DNA of 64,000 bases from a virus, in IMG/VR virus record IMGVR_UViG_3300020473_000020, positions 74,060 through 138,059 of that record. One strand, given 5' to 3'. Below, one piece after another: positions 19,471 to 29,490 of the stretch (the first letter of the stretch is position 1; each line of letters opens with the position of its first letter). The notes below the pieces were generated by a model. That model ran no database searches. It saw only the letters and a program-made list of their open reading frames with translations, and was not told where the DNA came from. Position numbers and translations under genes: made by a program.

Positions 19471-19767
19471 ATGAAAGACTTTTCACCGATCACCATCCCA
19501 AATTTTACGGGAATGGGAAGTATTAGTAATGACGGGCAGAATGGTGCCCCATACGAATTGATGCTCGTCATCAAGAACCCAATTACTGGGCAGCTTGAAG
19601 AGGCTCAGTATTCACTCAGGTTGAGTAAAGTCGACGCCTTTGTCCGTTGGTCATTGAAGTGGTTTGGCTGGCCGCAGGGTTATGTCGAGCCACAGAAATT
19701 CGTTGTACAAGAGTTGTGTGTAACTCAAGACAGCATCGACGCAGCGAAAGACACGGCTGCTTCTTAA
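19471..19767 (+). CDS. hypothetical protein
   Basis: ORF directly after repA with AGGG upstream. Confidence 0.55.
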   Translation: MKDFSPITIPNFTGMGSISNDGQNGAPYELMLVIKNPITGQLEEAQYSLRLSKVDAFVRWSLKWFGWPQGYVEPQKFVVQELCVTQDSIDAAKDTAAS

Positions 19768-19801
19768 AGTATTAACTGAACATTAAACAGGAGATTTTGA
19801 A

Positions 19802-20119
19802 ATGAGCAAAGTTATTGCTTGTACTGATGAAACGCTAAAGACTGAGTCGAGTGAGGGCTTAGTGCTGATCGACTTCATGGCCGACTGGTGTAACCCATGC
19901 CAGCAACTTATGCCAATTCTTGATGAGGTGGCACAGGAGCACGACGGTCAAGCTAAGATTGTTAAAGTTAACGTTGACCAATCACCAGCTTCTACAAAGG
20001 AGTACGGTGTCAGAGGTATTCCCGCACTGTTTATTGTCAAAAACGGTGAAATAGTGCAGCGCCTAGTGGGGCTACAAACAAAAGATGCGCTTACAAAAGC
20101 ACTTAATAGTCACGCGTAA
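19802..20119 (+). CDS. trxA: thioredoxin
   Basis: IDFMADWCNPC, KVNVD, YGVRGIP; AGGAG RBS. Confidence 0.93.
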   Translation: MSKVIACTDETLKTESSEGLVLIDFMADWCNPCQQLMPILDEVAQEHDGQAKIVKVNVDQSPASTKEYGVRGIPALFIVKNGEIVQRLVGLQTKDALTKALNSHA

Positions 20120-20146
20120 ACACGCGAGCGACGCGTAAGCGCTTGC

Positions 20147-20695
20147 TTACGCGTTTTTTGTAAATGTCATTTGTTCTTCGGCTTTTACTGAGTATAGACG
20201 TGCAGCCTTCTCAGTTAACTCAGCCTTCTCAAAGATTGCATCTAGTAACGGTATTAAGTGCTGTGATTTCATGTCATCGTCTAGACCAAGCATAAGGTCG
20301 AATAAACCACCTTCATTTACGAGCTTAGTCTCAACCTCACCGAGCAATTGAATTAGTAAGGTAGAGATCTTTACCTTTGGTAGTAGGCGCTTAACGTCTA
20401 CTTCTTCGAGATTAGCTGTTGTCGTACCTGCGTCAAATTTACCACCCTGAGCTTTAACGCTCGGTGTAATCGCAAGTGCAATCTGCTCTAGACGTGTATC
20501 TATTTTATTTTTTTCTTGAATGAGTCGTCCCGCTGCTTCTACAACGTTAGTAAGCTGACTGTTGCTAGCCACTTCCGTTTGATTTTCAGCAGAATCTTTG
20601 ATTGATGTGCCAAGGATCTTTGCAAACCTATTTGCAGAACTTGTACGAGTCTCAATGCTCGTCGATGTCGCGTTGTCTACTAAAGCGTTAACCAT
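20147..20695 (-). CDS. hypothetical protein
   Basis: Long ORF; likely start MVNALVDN at 20695 (the track extends to 20740). Confidence 0.6.
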   Translation of the reverse strand: MVNALVDNATSTSIETRTSSANRFAKILGTSIKDSAENQTEVASNSQLTNVVEAAGRLIQEKNKIDTRLEQIALAITPSVKAQGGKFDAGTTTANLEEVDVKRLLPKVKISTLLIQLLGEVETKLVNEGGLFDLMLGLDDDMKSQHLIPLLDAIFEKAELTEKAARLYSVKAEEQMTFTKNA

Positions 20696-21582
20696 GGTAT
20701 TGTTCTCTTTTTCATGTGCATCGCTTGTAACCACGTGCACCTCTTTAATAATCCGACAGAACCCATAAGGCGCTGTCCCATGAAAGTAATCCTAATGTCA
20801 AGTATAGTAAAACTTTATTATAGTCATATCCCTTATATACCGATTCAGAGTTTTTCAAGGAAGCTTTTTGTGAGTCTTAACACATTATTTACTTCTTTGG
20901 GATTTTTATGTCTCCGCTACCGATATGCGCACTTTACTTAATACATTAATAAAGTGCAACCCCTATTACACAGTGCCACAGGGGATTAGCGCAGATTTTA
21001 GGCCATAAAACCACGTAGGTTTGTAACAAAGTTGCGTAATATTAGAAACAGCTAATATGTCTGCGAACCCACGCATGGCGCACCCTAGAGAGGTTATTCG
21101 TTGTACAACAACTCGCTCACATTTTAAGCAAATATTTCCATGAAAATATTTATAAAAAATATTTATTTTTTGTAATGCGTAGAACGCTAAGTCCTACTTA
21201 ACTAGCCATTTAACCTATGTGCAGTAAGGGTTTTACCTTAACCTAGGCTGACTAGCTCGCAAACAAAAATGTTGTTATTTTGTCGACGGGGTACATGAGC
21301 ACGCTGCACATTAAATAGGCAAATCATTGTACAACGTTGTTGAGCTAGATGGGACGCTAAACTGATGCGTGAGCAGAGTATGGCACCCTTGGGTACTCGT
21401 GATTAACAATTAGCTAACACTGTGCTATTTAATGCAACTTTAGTTAGCAATTATCGCAACAAGCATATCACCTTGCATTTTTCTACTATACGCGTATTCT
21501 AGTCGCCCTATATTTTGCTGCAAGTTACTGTGCGGCAGTTATATTGCTTAAAACGATACTAAAGATACTAAATAGGATTAAC

Positions 21583-22545
21583 ATGACCGATCTTCATAAA
21601 GAACTTCGACCGTCAAAGCTAGCCGAAGTCATCGGACAAGACGCTGTCGCTACGTCGTTACAAAAATTAAAAGCAGAGAACCGTCTGCCGCACCTTTTCT
21701 TATTCACGGGCGGGTCAGGCATTGGTAAGACTACGTTTGCCCGTATTATTGGTAGTGAGCTTTTGGGTGTCACACCTAACAACCTTATTGAGGTCGATGC
21801 CGCCAGTAATTCAAAGGTTGAAGACGTTCGCGCATTGATGGCACAAGTCAAGAAGCGTGGTCTCGTTAAAGGCCAGAAAAAGATGGTTATTATAGATGAG
21901 TGTCACCGCCTTTCAGGTAATGCGTGGGATGCACTGCTAAAAGATACCGAAGAGCCGCCAGAGCATCTATACATCGCCCTTTGTACAACGGAAGTAGGCA
22001 AAGTACCAAAGACCATCAAGACCCGTGCGACAGATTACCATTTAAAAGACCTGTCTATCGACGACCTTATCGACGTAGGTGAGCTAGCTAATAGTCGTTT
22101 GGAAGCTGATTTGGACGAAAAGGTGCTCACTCGCCTTGCTAGAAAAGCCGAAGGTTCAGCACGTAACATGCTAACCCTTGTTGGTAAAGCCTCGACGGTG
22201 GAGAGTCGCGATGACCTGACAGACCTTCTTGAGGATGGTGCTGTGGCAAAACCAGAGTTCATAAAGCCAATGCGCTATCTCTGTACTAGCAGGTCTCCCA
22301 CGTTTAAAGGGGCTATGGAGCTTATCGTACCTCTTGTACAAGATGGGAACACGTCTGAATCAATCCGTTTGGCAACGATTAACTACGCAGCTAAAATGCT
22401 TAGAGGGTCAAAGACCTATTCAAGTGAGGGTAAGTCGGGTCAGTTACTCGCCTTAATCGACGCGTTCGGCGTACCAATGGTAGGTGTCGATGGCGAAGCT
22501 TTGTTGTACAAGGCTGTTGCTGATTTCGTCTATTCGGCTGAATAG
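21583..22545 (+). CDS. dnaX: clamp loader ATPase (DnaX gamma/tau-like)
   Basis: LRPSKLAEVIGQ, GGSGIGKTT, EVDAAS, IIDECH, ALLKDTEEPP, TIKTR; ATG at 21583 after AGGA. Confidence 0.88.
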   Translation: MTDLHKELRPSKLAEVIGQDAVATSLQKLKAENRLPHLFLFTGGSGIGKTTFARIIGSELLGVTPNNLIEVDAASNSKVEDVRALMAQVKKRGLVKGQKKMVIIDECHRLSGNAWDALLKDTEEPPEHLYIALCTTEVGKVPKTIKTRATDYHLKDLSIDDLIDVGELANSRLEADLDEKVLTRLARKAEGSARNMLTLVGKASTVESRDDLTDLLEDGAVAKPEFIKPMRYLCTSRSPTFKGAMELIVPLVQDGNTSESIRLATINYAAKMLRGSKTYSSEGKSGQLLALIDAFGVPMVGVDGEALLYKAVADFVYSAE

Positions 22546-22588
22546 TAGGCACTTAGGCGCAATTCGTTGATTTTTACTTAAAAATAAC

Positions 22589-22617
22589 TTGCTACAAATC
22601 ACGGACTGCGCTACATT
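22589..22617 (+). promoter_or_regulatory. sigma70-like promoter
   Basis: TTGCTA-17 bp-TACATT upstream of the UvsY-SSB-RecA cluster. Confidence 0.4.
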
Positions 22618-22735
22618 TCTGTGGCTGCTCATATAGAGCACCGAATCGAGACTCGTATCATAACCGAACACTGTATGATACACCCATTGTTAAGTACGTA
22701 GGCCAGATTTTGCCTGACGTGTATGAGGACATGAC

Positions 22736-23488
22736 GTGAAACTTTCTGAGATATTCGACAAGTACGACATTGACGCCTTTAGGGAGTCATTAAAAGTCGA
22801 TAAGCATAATCTTGACGCAATGTTGATGGAGCAGCCTATGCTACAGCAACACGTTTCAGAAATGGCAGCCGAAGTTAGCTCAATGCGCGATTCAGCAAAA
22901 GAACGCCTCTCACGTGTAGATGCGCAAGTCGCTAAGAAGCTCCGCAATCAGCTTATGATTGAAGAGGGCAAAGTTTCTGAGGCGCGTATAGACCGTGAGG
23001 TACCACTTACCAAAGAGCACAAAGAAGCATTCTTTATTTACAATGAGCTGGTAGCACTTTCAACAAAGTGGGACGCTCTAAAAGATACCTTCCGTAATCG
23101 TGCTTTTGTCATCCGCGACTTTGTAAGCCTGTATACTGCGAACTACTTCACAGACACAAGCTTTCGTTCAGCCTCTAACCCTGCATCCGTTAAAAACTTT
23201 GAGCATAGCTATGTTCGAAGCGCTATGGCCGATGGTCGTAAAGCTCGTAACCAACTATCAGGTATCGAGAATGAGGTTGAGCTACTTGCCGACGTGGATG
23301 ACCAATCGAAAGACTCTTCAACTAAGCCCGCGAAGTCACGCGCTGCCGCAAGTAATGCTAGTAACTCATCATCTTCATCTTCATCAGAAGATGATAGCCC
23401 ACGAGCACGTGCACGCAGAAGGCGCGCTAATCGTAGTGGTCGAAGAGTGACTGAGGCTTTGGGTAGCAATGGTGCAGAGTCGGAGTAA
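22736..23488 (+). CDS. UvsY-like recombination mediator with Ser/Arg-rich tail
   Basis: Helical protein (LDAMLMEQP...VSEARID...WDALKDTFRNR) immediately upstream of SSB and RecA; identity rests partly on synteny. Confidence 0.55.
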   Translation: MKLSEIFDKYDIDAFRESLKVDKHNLDAMLMEQPMLQQHVSEMAAEVSSMRDSAKERLSRVDAQVAKKLRNQLMIEEGKVSEARIDREVPLTKEHKEAFFIYNELVALSTKWDALKDTFRNRAFVIRDFVSLYTANYFTDTSFRSASNPASVKNFEHSYVRSAMADGRKARNQLSGIENEVELLADVDDQSKDSSTKPAKSRAAASNASNSSSSSSSEDDSPRARARRRRANRSGRRVTEALGSNGAESE

Positions 23489-23579
23489 GGTGCCTACTTG
23501 TACCAGCCAGAAAATAGATAGGTGACACGCCCGAAACGACGTGGACGCCGCCCAATTGATACTAAAGAGAATTTTAAAG

Positions 23580-24782
23580 ATGTCTAAAGACCGCAAATTT
23601 AAGTATAAGCGCCGTGGTGCTGATAACGTTAAGAAACGTATGAACCAATCTGCAACTAATCGTGATGGTTTCATCAACGAAGATGTAGATCTATATAAAG
23701 TGAAAGACGGCGATAACTTGCTTCGTATTCTTCCACCTACGTTTAATAACCTTAACGGTACAGAAGCCGAGCATTATGGCCTTGACGTATTTGTTCACTA
23801 CGATGTGGGTACTGATGGTAGCTCATTCTTATGCCTTGAGCAAAACTACAATGAACCTTGCCCAATCTGTCAGGCGCGTATTGAGGCTGAATCAGAAGGT
23901 GACAAAGACCTAGCTGATAAGCTTAAAGCTCGTAAACGCGTACTAATGTACGTAGTAGACCGTGACGCTGAGGACGCAGGTCCTATGGTGTGGTCAGCAC
24001 CTTGGACTGTCGACAAAGATCTGTCTATGCGTTCTTTCGATAAGCGCTCGGGTGACATCTTCTACCCTGATGACCCAGAAGAAGGTTACGACATCGAATT
24101 TGCCCGTACTGGTAAAGGCCGAAACACTAAGTATGAAGGTGTACAGCTTTCACGCCGTGCCTCACCATTGAGCGAAGACGAAGACCAGATGGACGAGTGG
24201 CTAGAAAAGATCGAGGACTCACCTCTAGATCAGCTTCTAATTAAGCCAGAAGCCGAGCACATGGAGCGTATTTTTAACGCTGGTATGGGCATGGCTGGTG
24301 CTGGTAAAGACGAAGACGAAGATGAAAAGCCATCACGTAGCCGTCGCTCACGTCGCGATGACGACGAAGATGAAAAGCCATCACGTAGCCGTCGTTCACG
24401 TCGCGATGAAGACGAAGACGAAGACGAAAAGCCATCACGTAGCCGTCGTTCACGTCGTGATGAAGACGAAGACGAAGATGAAAAGCCATCACGTAGCCGT
24501 CGTTCACGTCGTGATGAAGACGAAGACGAAGACGAAGACGAAGGTGGTTCGAATGACTCTTCGGAAGAAAAAGACATCAACGACCTAACCTATGACGAAG
24601 TGTTTGGGATGGATCGCGATGAGCTTGAGTCAGTAATTGATGAAGGCCAATTAGACATCCCTGATTTCGAAGATTTGGACGATGACGAGCTAGCTGGCGA
24701 AGTTTGTGCAGAGCTTGGCCTTAAAAAGCCACGTAAGCGTAACAGCGCTGTTCGCGACAAGCTTAACGAAATGCGTGACTAA
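23580..24782 (+). CDS. gp32-like single-stranded DNA-binding protein
   Basis: LLRILPP, VHY, FLCLE...CPIC zinc site, DPEEGYDI, GKGRNTKY, acidic C-terminus; ATG at 23580. Confidence 0.8.
   Translation: MSKDRKFKYKRRGADNVKKRMNQSATNRDGFINEDVDLYKVKDGDNLLRILPPTFNNLNGTEAEHYGLDVFVHYDVGTDGSSFLCLEQNYNEPCPICQARIEAESEGDKDLADKLKARKRVLMYVVDRDAEDAGPMVWSAPWTVDKDLSMRSFDKRSGDIFYPDDPEEGYDIEFARTGKGRNTKYEGVQLSRRASPLSEDEDQMDEWLEKIEDSPLDQLLIKPEAEHMERIFNAGMGMAGAGKDEDEDEKPSRSRRSRRDDDEDEKPSRSRRSRRDEDEDEDEKPSRSRRSRRDEDEDEDEKPSRSRRSRRDEDEDEDEDEGGSNDSSEEKDINDLTYDEVFGMDRDELESVIDEGQLDIPDFEDLDDDELAGEVCAELGLKKPRKRNSAVRDKLNEMRD
24309..24541 (+). repeat. coding tandem repeat (EDEDEKPSRSRRSRRD) x4 in the SSB tail
   Basis: GAAAAGCCATCACGTAGCCGTCGYTCACGTCG occurs four times, separated by GAAGAC runs. 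Confidence 0.9.
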
Positions 24783-24804
24783 TCACTGAATTAGTCATAA
24801 AGGC

Positions 24805-24838
24805 AAGGCCGCTACCGTACGTCGGTGCGGCCTTTTTT
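24805..24838 (+). terminator. intrinsic terminator
   Basis: AAGGCCGC...GCGGCCTTTTTT after the SSB stop. Confidence 0.7.
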
Positions 24839-24869
24839 ATCTATACCTATTTTTAGTCAGGGTAGTTCC

Positions 24870-26036
24870 ATGTCACAAACAGAAAAGAAAGCCAGCACGC
24901 CGAGTGCAGGCAGCCGTCTTAAACGTAAAACCGCAGCAGATAAAGCAGCTGATGCTGCGACAGAAGAAGCAAAAGTAGCCGATGCCGCGCAAGACGCCGA
25001 GGTAACTAGCTCGTACTTTACTTCGGACAAAAGTAATATCGACTTTATCCCTTCGGGTTCAACAACACTTGACGAAGTACTAGGCGGTGGCTGGGCAGTC
25101 GGCCGTATCGCTAACGTTGTAGGCGACCGTTCGGCTGGTAAAACACTTGTAGCTACAGAAGCAGCTGCAAACTTCCATGAGCTATGGCCAGATGAGCCTA
25201 TTTATTATTTAGAGGCCGAGGCGGCGTTCGATGCTGAATATGCAGCCGCAATGGGGATGCCTGTGGAGGCTGTGACCTTCGTTGAAATGTTTGATGACGA
25301 AGGTAATGCCGACAACACGGTTGAGTTCCTTTTTGAGCACTTGCAAGAGCTTATTAAGGCACGTACGAGTGGTGCTGCGAAGTTTAACAAGTGTCTTTAC
25401 GTTGTTGACTCGCTTGATGCCTTATCTGACCGTGCTGAGAAGGAACGCGATAACAACCAAGGCTCTTACGGGATGGGCAAGCAGAAGAAGATGTCTGAAA
25501 TGTTCCGCCGTATTGTAGCTGAGCTTGAAAAGGCGGGTATTACACTTCTTGTTATCAGTCAGATCCGTGAAAAGATTGGCGTTACATTTGGTGAGAAGTA
25601 CACACGTTCAGGTGGTAAAGCACTAGACTTCTACTGCTCTCAAATTGTTTGGCTTGCAGAAATTGGTAAAATCAAGCGTACAGTGCGTCGCCAAGAACGT
25701 GTAGCTGGTGTTAAAGTTAAAGCTAAGTGTAAGAAGAACAAGGTTGCGTTACCTTTCCGCGAGTGTGAGTACTCTATTGAGTTTGGCTACGGCATTGACA
25801 ACACAACATCTTGTTTAGAGTTCCTAAAGTCAATTGATGCACTAGGTGAACTCAAAACGATAGAAGTAAAAAAGACTGCGATAGCTAATGCGGTTAAAAA
25901 GATTAAGCGCATGGATGATGAAGAACATTTCAAAGTTATGGATGAGGTTACGGCTCTAGTTAAGAAGAGCTGGCGTGAGATCGACGACTCATTTTTGCCT
26001 GAGCGCAGTAAATATGGACGCAAGCGTCTAAAGTAA
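24870..26036 (+). CDS. recA: RecA/UvsX recombinase
   Basis: SGSTTLDEVLGGGWAVGRI, GDRSAGKT, VVDSLDAL, SQIREKIGVTFG, SGGKALDFY, KKNKV; ATG at 24870. Confidence 0.93.
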   Translation: MSQTEKKASTPSAGSRLKRKTAADKAADAATEEAKVADAAQDAEVTSSYFTSDKSNIDFIPSGSTTLDEVLGGGWAVGRIANVVGDRSAGKTLVATEAAANFHELWPDEPIYYLEAEAAFDAEYAAAMGMPVEAVTFVEMFDDEGNADNTVEFLFEHLQELIKARTSGAAKFNKCLYVVDSLDALSDRAEKERDNNQGSYGMGKQKKMSEMFRRIVAELEKAGITLLVISQIREKIGVTFGEKYTRSGGKALDFYCSQIVWLAEIGKIKRTVRRQERVAGVKVKAKCKKNKVALPFRECEYSIEFGYGIDNTTSCLEFLKSIDALGELKTIEVKKTAIANAVKKIKRMDDEEHFKVMDEVTALVKKSWREIDDSFLPERSKYGRKRLK

Positions 26037-26076
26037 GTATTGTACAAGGGTCGCCATAGGGCGGCCTTTTCCGTTT

Positions 26077-26361
26077 TTGGAGAACTTAATTGTGACTAAT
26101 GAAATGCAACAAGAGCAGCACATCCATAAGGTGCTGAAAAGCTTGTCTGAGGGCGACCCTGTAGACCTTGTTAAGGGTATTGTGATTGGCTACGACGCAA
26201 ATGGCAACTTACGCTTTTATAACGCAGATATGACAACCGAAGAGCTTGTCGTGGCTTGTGAACTTACTAAAGCAAAGGCACTGGGTTTACTATCTGCCAG
26301 TGAAGTGCCCGCAGCTGTAGCTCGTAATATGGCAGCTCAACAAGCTAAAGAAAAAGAGTAA
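26077..26361 (+). CDS. hypothetical protein
   Basis: ORF between recA and ruvC; likely GTG start at 26092 after GGAG. Confidence 0.55.
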   Translation: MENLIVTNEMQQEQHIHKVLKSLSEGDPVDLVKGIVIGYDANGNLRFYNADMTTEELVVACELTKAKALGLLSASEVPAAVARNMAAQQAKEKE

Positions 26362-26368
26362 TCGAGAC

Positions 26369-26932
26369 ATGAGTAGAACAATAAAAGTACTGGGTATTGA
26401 CCCATCAATGAGCAACTTTGGATTCGTACTTGCGGACGTCGACCCCGTTACGGGCGAGATCGTGGGTACGCCTTACTTGAGCCTTGTTCAGACAGCCCCA
26501 ACGAAAGACAAAAAGACTATCCGAAAGTCTAGTGACGACCTTCGCCGTTGCCGTGAGCTTTACACACCATTGAGTGCGCTGGTTGATCAGGCCGATATTG
26601 TGTGTTCTGAAATGCCACTAGGTAGTCAGAATGCGTCAGCTATGAAGTCTGTGGGGATTTGTATGGGTCTACTAAGCACAATAGATAAGCCTTTCATTCA
26701 GGTTATGCCAGAAGAAGTGAAACTAGCGGCCGTAGGAACAAAGACTGCGACTAAAGCTGAAATGATTGATTGGGCTTATGCGCGCCACCCCGATGCGAAT
26801 TGGCTGCGGAAAACTAAGAAACCTGACTCACCTTTGACTGCGAAGAACGAGCATATAGCCGATGCTGTTGCTGTGATTGCAGCCTCGGTTAAGACAGATA
26901 GCTTTAAGCTTATGGCTGTCGGGTTCAAGTAA
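26369..26932 (+). CDS. ruvC: RuvC-like Holliday junction resolvase
   Basis: VLGIDPS, SEMP, PEEVK, ATKAEM, EHIADA. Confidence 0.85.
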   Translation: MSRTIKVLGIDPSMSNFGFVLADVDPVTGEIVGTPYLSLVQTAPTKDKKTIRKSSDDLRRCRELYTPLSALVDQADIVCSEMPLGSQNASAMKSVGICMGLLSTIDKPFIQVMPEEVKLAAVGTKTATKAEMIDWAYARHPDANWLRKTKKPDSPLTAKNEHIADAVAVIAASVKTDSFKLMAVGFK

Positions 26933-27000
26933 CCATATTGGTTAGCTAGAAGGGAGCGCAGTGCTCCCTTTTCGTTATTGGCACTGATGAATGAGGAACA

Positions 27001-27387
27001 GTGATGATAGATTTAACGACACTAAGGATGCAGGTAAGCGGTTGGTTAGCCTACCGTAGAAGACAATTTGGCTTCTTCTTAATTAAGCTGGGCATCAGCT
27101 TATCTTTCTATAAGAAAGACCCCTACAGCCGTGAGGGTGGTTCGGTACTCGACGATGACGTACTAAATGCGCTCAAAGATGAGGCAAATCGTAGTACGTT
27201 ACTAGGGTCGCAGATAGAGACGGGCAATCATGCCCATGGCATTGTACAACCTATTTCGAATTATACAGCTGTGAGTATCGCATGTTCGTTACAAAATTTG
27301 GCAGATGCCATGCAAAAGACGGAAAACGAGCGCGTAACGGAAGATGACGAGCTATACAAGGGCTATGCTGAGAGGTGGAAGCACTAA
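27001..27387 (+). CDS. hypothetical protein
   Basis: GAGGA RBS, 128-aa ORF. Confidence 0.55.
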   Translation: MMIDLTTLRMQVSGWLAYRRRQFGFFLIKLGISLSFYKKDPYSREGGSVLDDDVLNALKDEANRSTLLGSQIETGNHAHGIVQPISNYTAVSIACSLQNLADAMQKTENERVTEDDELYKGYAERWKH

Positions 27388-27420
27388 CGTAGTACAACGT
27401 TTCCAACAGAGCCAAACAGC

Positions 27421-27449
27421 TTGCAGCTCAACCCAATACGGCGTATGCT
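27421..27449 (+). promoter_or_regulatory. sigma70-like promoter
   Basis: TTGCAG-17 bp-TATGCT upstream of sbcD. Confidence 0.45.
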
Positions 27450-27509
27450 ATGCGGGTTTATATTAATTGAGACTAAGGCTGTATGACAGCCATTGTAAAG
27501 GGCACATAA

Positions 27510-28544
27510 ATGGCATCATTACTACTTGCCGACCTGCACCTTACGGATAAAGCTAAAGACGAATATCGTTGGGCAATTTTTCCGTGGCTGAAAGAGCAGG
27601 TCAAAGCACATAATATCACTACAATTTACTTTTTAGGCGATGTGACCGACGTTAAAGACCGCCATAACTCTAAGTTTACAAATCGTATGGTTAACGAGCT
27701 AACTGACCTATCGCTTGAGGTCGAGAACTTGATTATTACGATGGGTAACCATGATTACTTAGACCCAACAGCACCGTTCTTTGGTTTCTTAGATGGTATT
27801 GCGAACATCACCTACGTTTCAGAAGCTATGGAGCATTACGATGCTGAGCTGGGTAAGTTGCTTCTTCTCCCGCATAGCAGAACACCAGAAGCCGACTTCG
27901 GCCATTTCAACTTTGCAGAGTATGAAGCCGTTATGGTTCATCAGAGCGTGATCGGAGCCGTGGCCTCAGAGTTTTATGAGATCTCTCATGGATTAAGTCA
28001 CCACTTTTTTGATGATTCAAAAAAGACATGGGCGGGAGACATACATTGTCCGCAAGTGCACGGTAAGTTAGAGTACATCGCTAGCCCATACCACGTACAC
28101 TTCGGGGACTTATTTGTACCGCGTGTGGTCATGCTAGATGGTGACGCTACAAACGCATCGGGTGAGTTACACTTCCCATCGCCACAGCGTGTTACCCTAA
28201 GAATCAATAGCGTGGAAGACCTAGAAGACTATGCCTTAAAAGAAGGCGACCAAGTTAAGGTTCATTTGACGCTTATGCAAAGCGACGTACACATGTGGGC
28301 TACCTATAAGAAACGCATTAGAGAACATTGTACAAAGCACGGGTGGCAGTTTCATGGCTGTCAGCTGACTGTTGAAAAACTAGCTGTTTCCCAGAAGAAT
28401 GAAGAAGGTGATGACAGCGTGCCTGTTGCGCAGAAGAAGGCCGTTGCTTCCCCAGAAGAAACTCTTATGCGCTTCGCTGAGACTCAGCAGATAGAGGGCG
28501 CACTCTTGGGTAAAGGCCAGAAATTGATGCAGGCCGTAGCCTAA
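27510..28544 (+). CDS. sbcD: SbcD/Mre11-like nuclease (metallophosphoesterase)
   Basis: ADLH, LGD, GNHD, VHQ, GDIH, SPY; SbcC gene nearby. Confidence 0.88.
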   Translation: MASLLLADLHLTDKAKDEYRWAIFPWLKEQVKAHNITTIYFLGDVTDVKDRHNSKFTNRMVNELTDLSLEVENLIITMGNHDYLDPTAPFFGFLDGIANITYVSEAMEHYDAELGKLLLLPHSRTPEADFGHFNFAEYEAVMVHQSVIGAVASEFYEISHGLSHHFFDDSKKTWAGDIHCPQVHGKLEYIASPYHVHFGDLFVPRVVMLDGDATNASGELHFPSPQRVTLRINSVEDLEDYALKEGDQVKVHLTLMQSDVHMWATYKKRIREHCTKHGWQFHGCQLTVEKLAVSQKNEEGDDSVPVAQKKAVASPEETLMRFAETQQIEGALLGKGQKLMQAVA

Positions 28545-28547
28545 AGC

Positions 28548-28913
28548 ATGGAACAGAGTAAGGTCATAAAAAGGCTTGATTGGGAGCGCGCTGACCTCTG
28601 TGCAGAGTGTGGTGTATATCTTTCGGAGAATGCACTATATACGCATTGGGATTCACTCTGCCCAAATTGTGGTGCAATCGACAACCTAGGCTGCCCTCAC
28701 GTAACGACTTCACGTCGTTTCTGTGTCACGTATGAACCGAATTTGTTTGCTCGCGTATTTAAACGCCGAGATACTGAGGGTTTTTACGAATGGAGTGGGA
28801 AGTCGACCGATGGTTCACAGCTAGGAGCTGTCTACTTTGGTAAGCATAAGCGAATACTAGCCAGTAATAGCACACTTATAGCGGCAACTGGCATTGCTTC
28901 TGGCCTTTTCTAG
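28548..28913 (+). CDS. zinc-ribbon hypothetical protein
   Basis: CAECG...CPNCG. Confidence 0.6.
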   Translation: MEQSKVIKRLDWERADLCAECGVYLSENALYTHWDSLCPNCGAIDNLGCPHVTTSRRFCVTYEPNLFARVFKRRDTEGFYEWSGKSTDGSQLGAVYFGKHKRILASNSTLIAATGIASGLF

Positions 28914-29010
28914 ATTAGTCATCTTGCCCTTTAATTGTACAAAACGGTCACATAAGTGGCCGTTTTTTCGTTAAGTAACTCAAAAGTCGACGCAGACCTT
29001 AAATAAAAAC

Positions 29011-29039
29011 TTGCGTATACCCCTGCGGCGTTGCATAAT
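29011..29039 (+). promoter_or_regulatory. sigma70-like promoter
   Basis: TTGCGT-17 bp-CATAAT upstream of the HU gene. Confidence 0.45.
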
Positions 29040-29161
29040 TGGTGCGTCCTGCGGCTCCCATGGAGCGTAGGCATAGAATGAGACTTCTACAAGCTAATTG
29101 CCAACGCTTATCCCTCGGATTACTGATTTTTAATTGAGACGAGAGATACAGGAACAAAAAA

Positions 29162-29482
29162 ATGGCAGTTTCTAAAAAAGATTTAGCAGAGATCATTAAG
29201 GCAGACTTCGCCGAAGATGGTGTAAATATCTCTGCGGCTAAATGCACCGACATGGTTAATACCGTACTTGGTGCTGTATGTGGCGCTTTAGCAAATGGTA
29301 ACGACGTACGTGTGCAAAACTTTGGTACTCTAAAAGTTATTCGCCGTAACGCTCGAATTGGCCGTAACCCTTCAACGGGCGAAGCCGTTCCGATTGCACC
29401 ACATTTAACAGTGAACTTCACACCAGCGGAAGTCTTGAAAGAAGACATTAACGCTAACAACGACGTTGCCAACTTTAATTAG
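29162..29482 (+). CDS. HU/IHF-family DNA-binding protein
   Basis: VRVQNFGTL, RNARIGRNPSTGE, VNFTP. Confidence 0.92.
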   Translation: MAVSKKDLAEIIKADFAEDGVNISAAKCTDMVNTVLGAVCGALANGNDVRVQNFGTLKVIRRNARIGRNPSTGEAVPIAPHLTVNFTPAEVLKEDINANNDVANFN

Positions 29483-29490
29483 GTACTAGC

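Noticed and set aside
24309-24541. CRISPR-like or non-coding repeat; overlapping ORFs 24230..24580, 24274..24507 and 24298..24588
   Set aside because: The repeat is in frame within SSB; the other ORFs are shadows of a stop-poor repeat.
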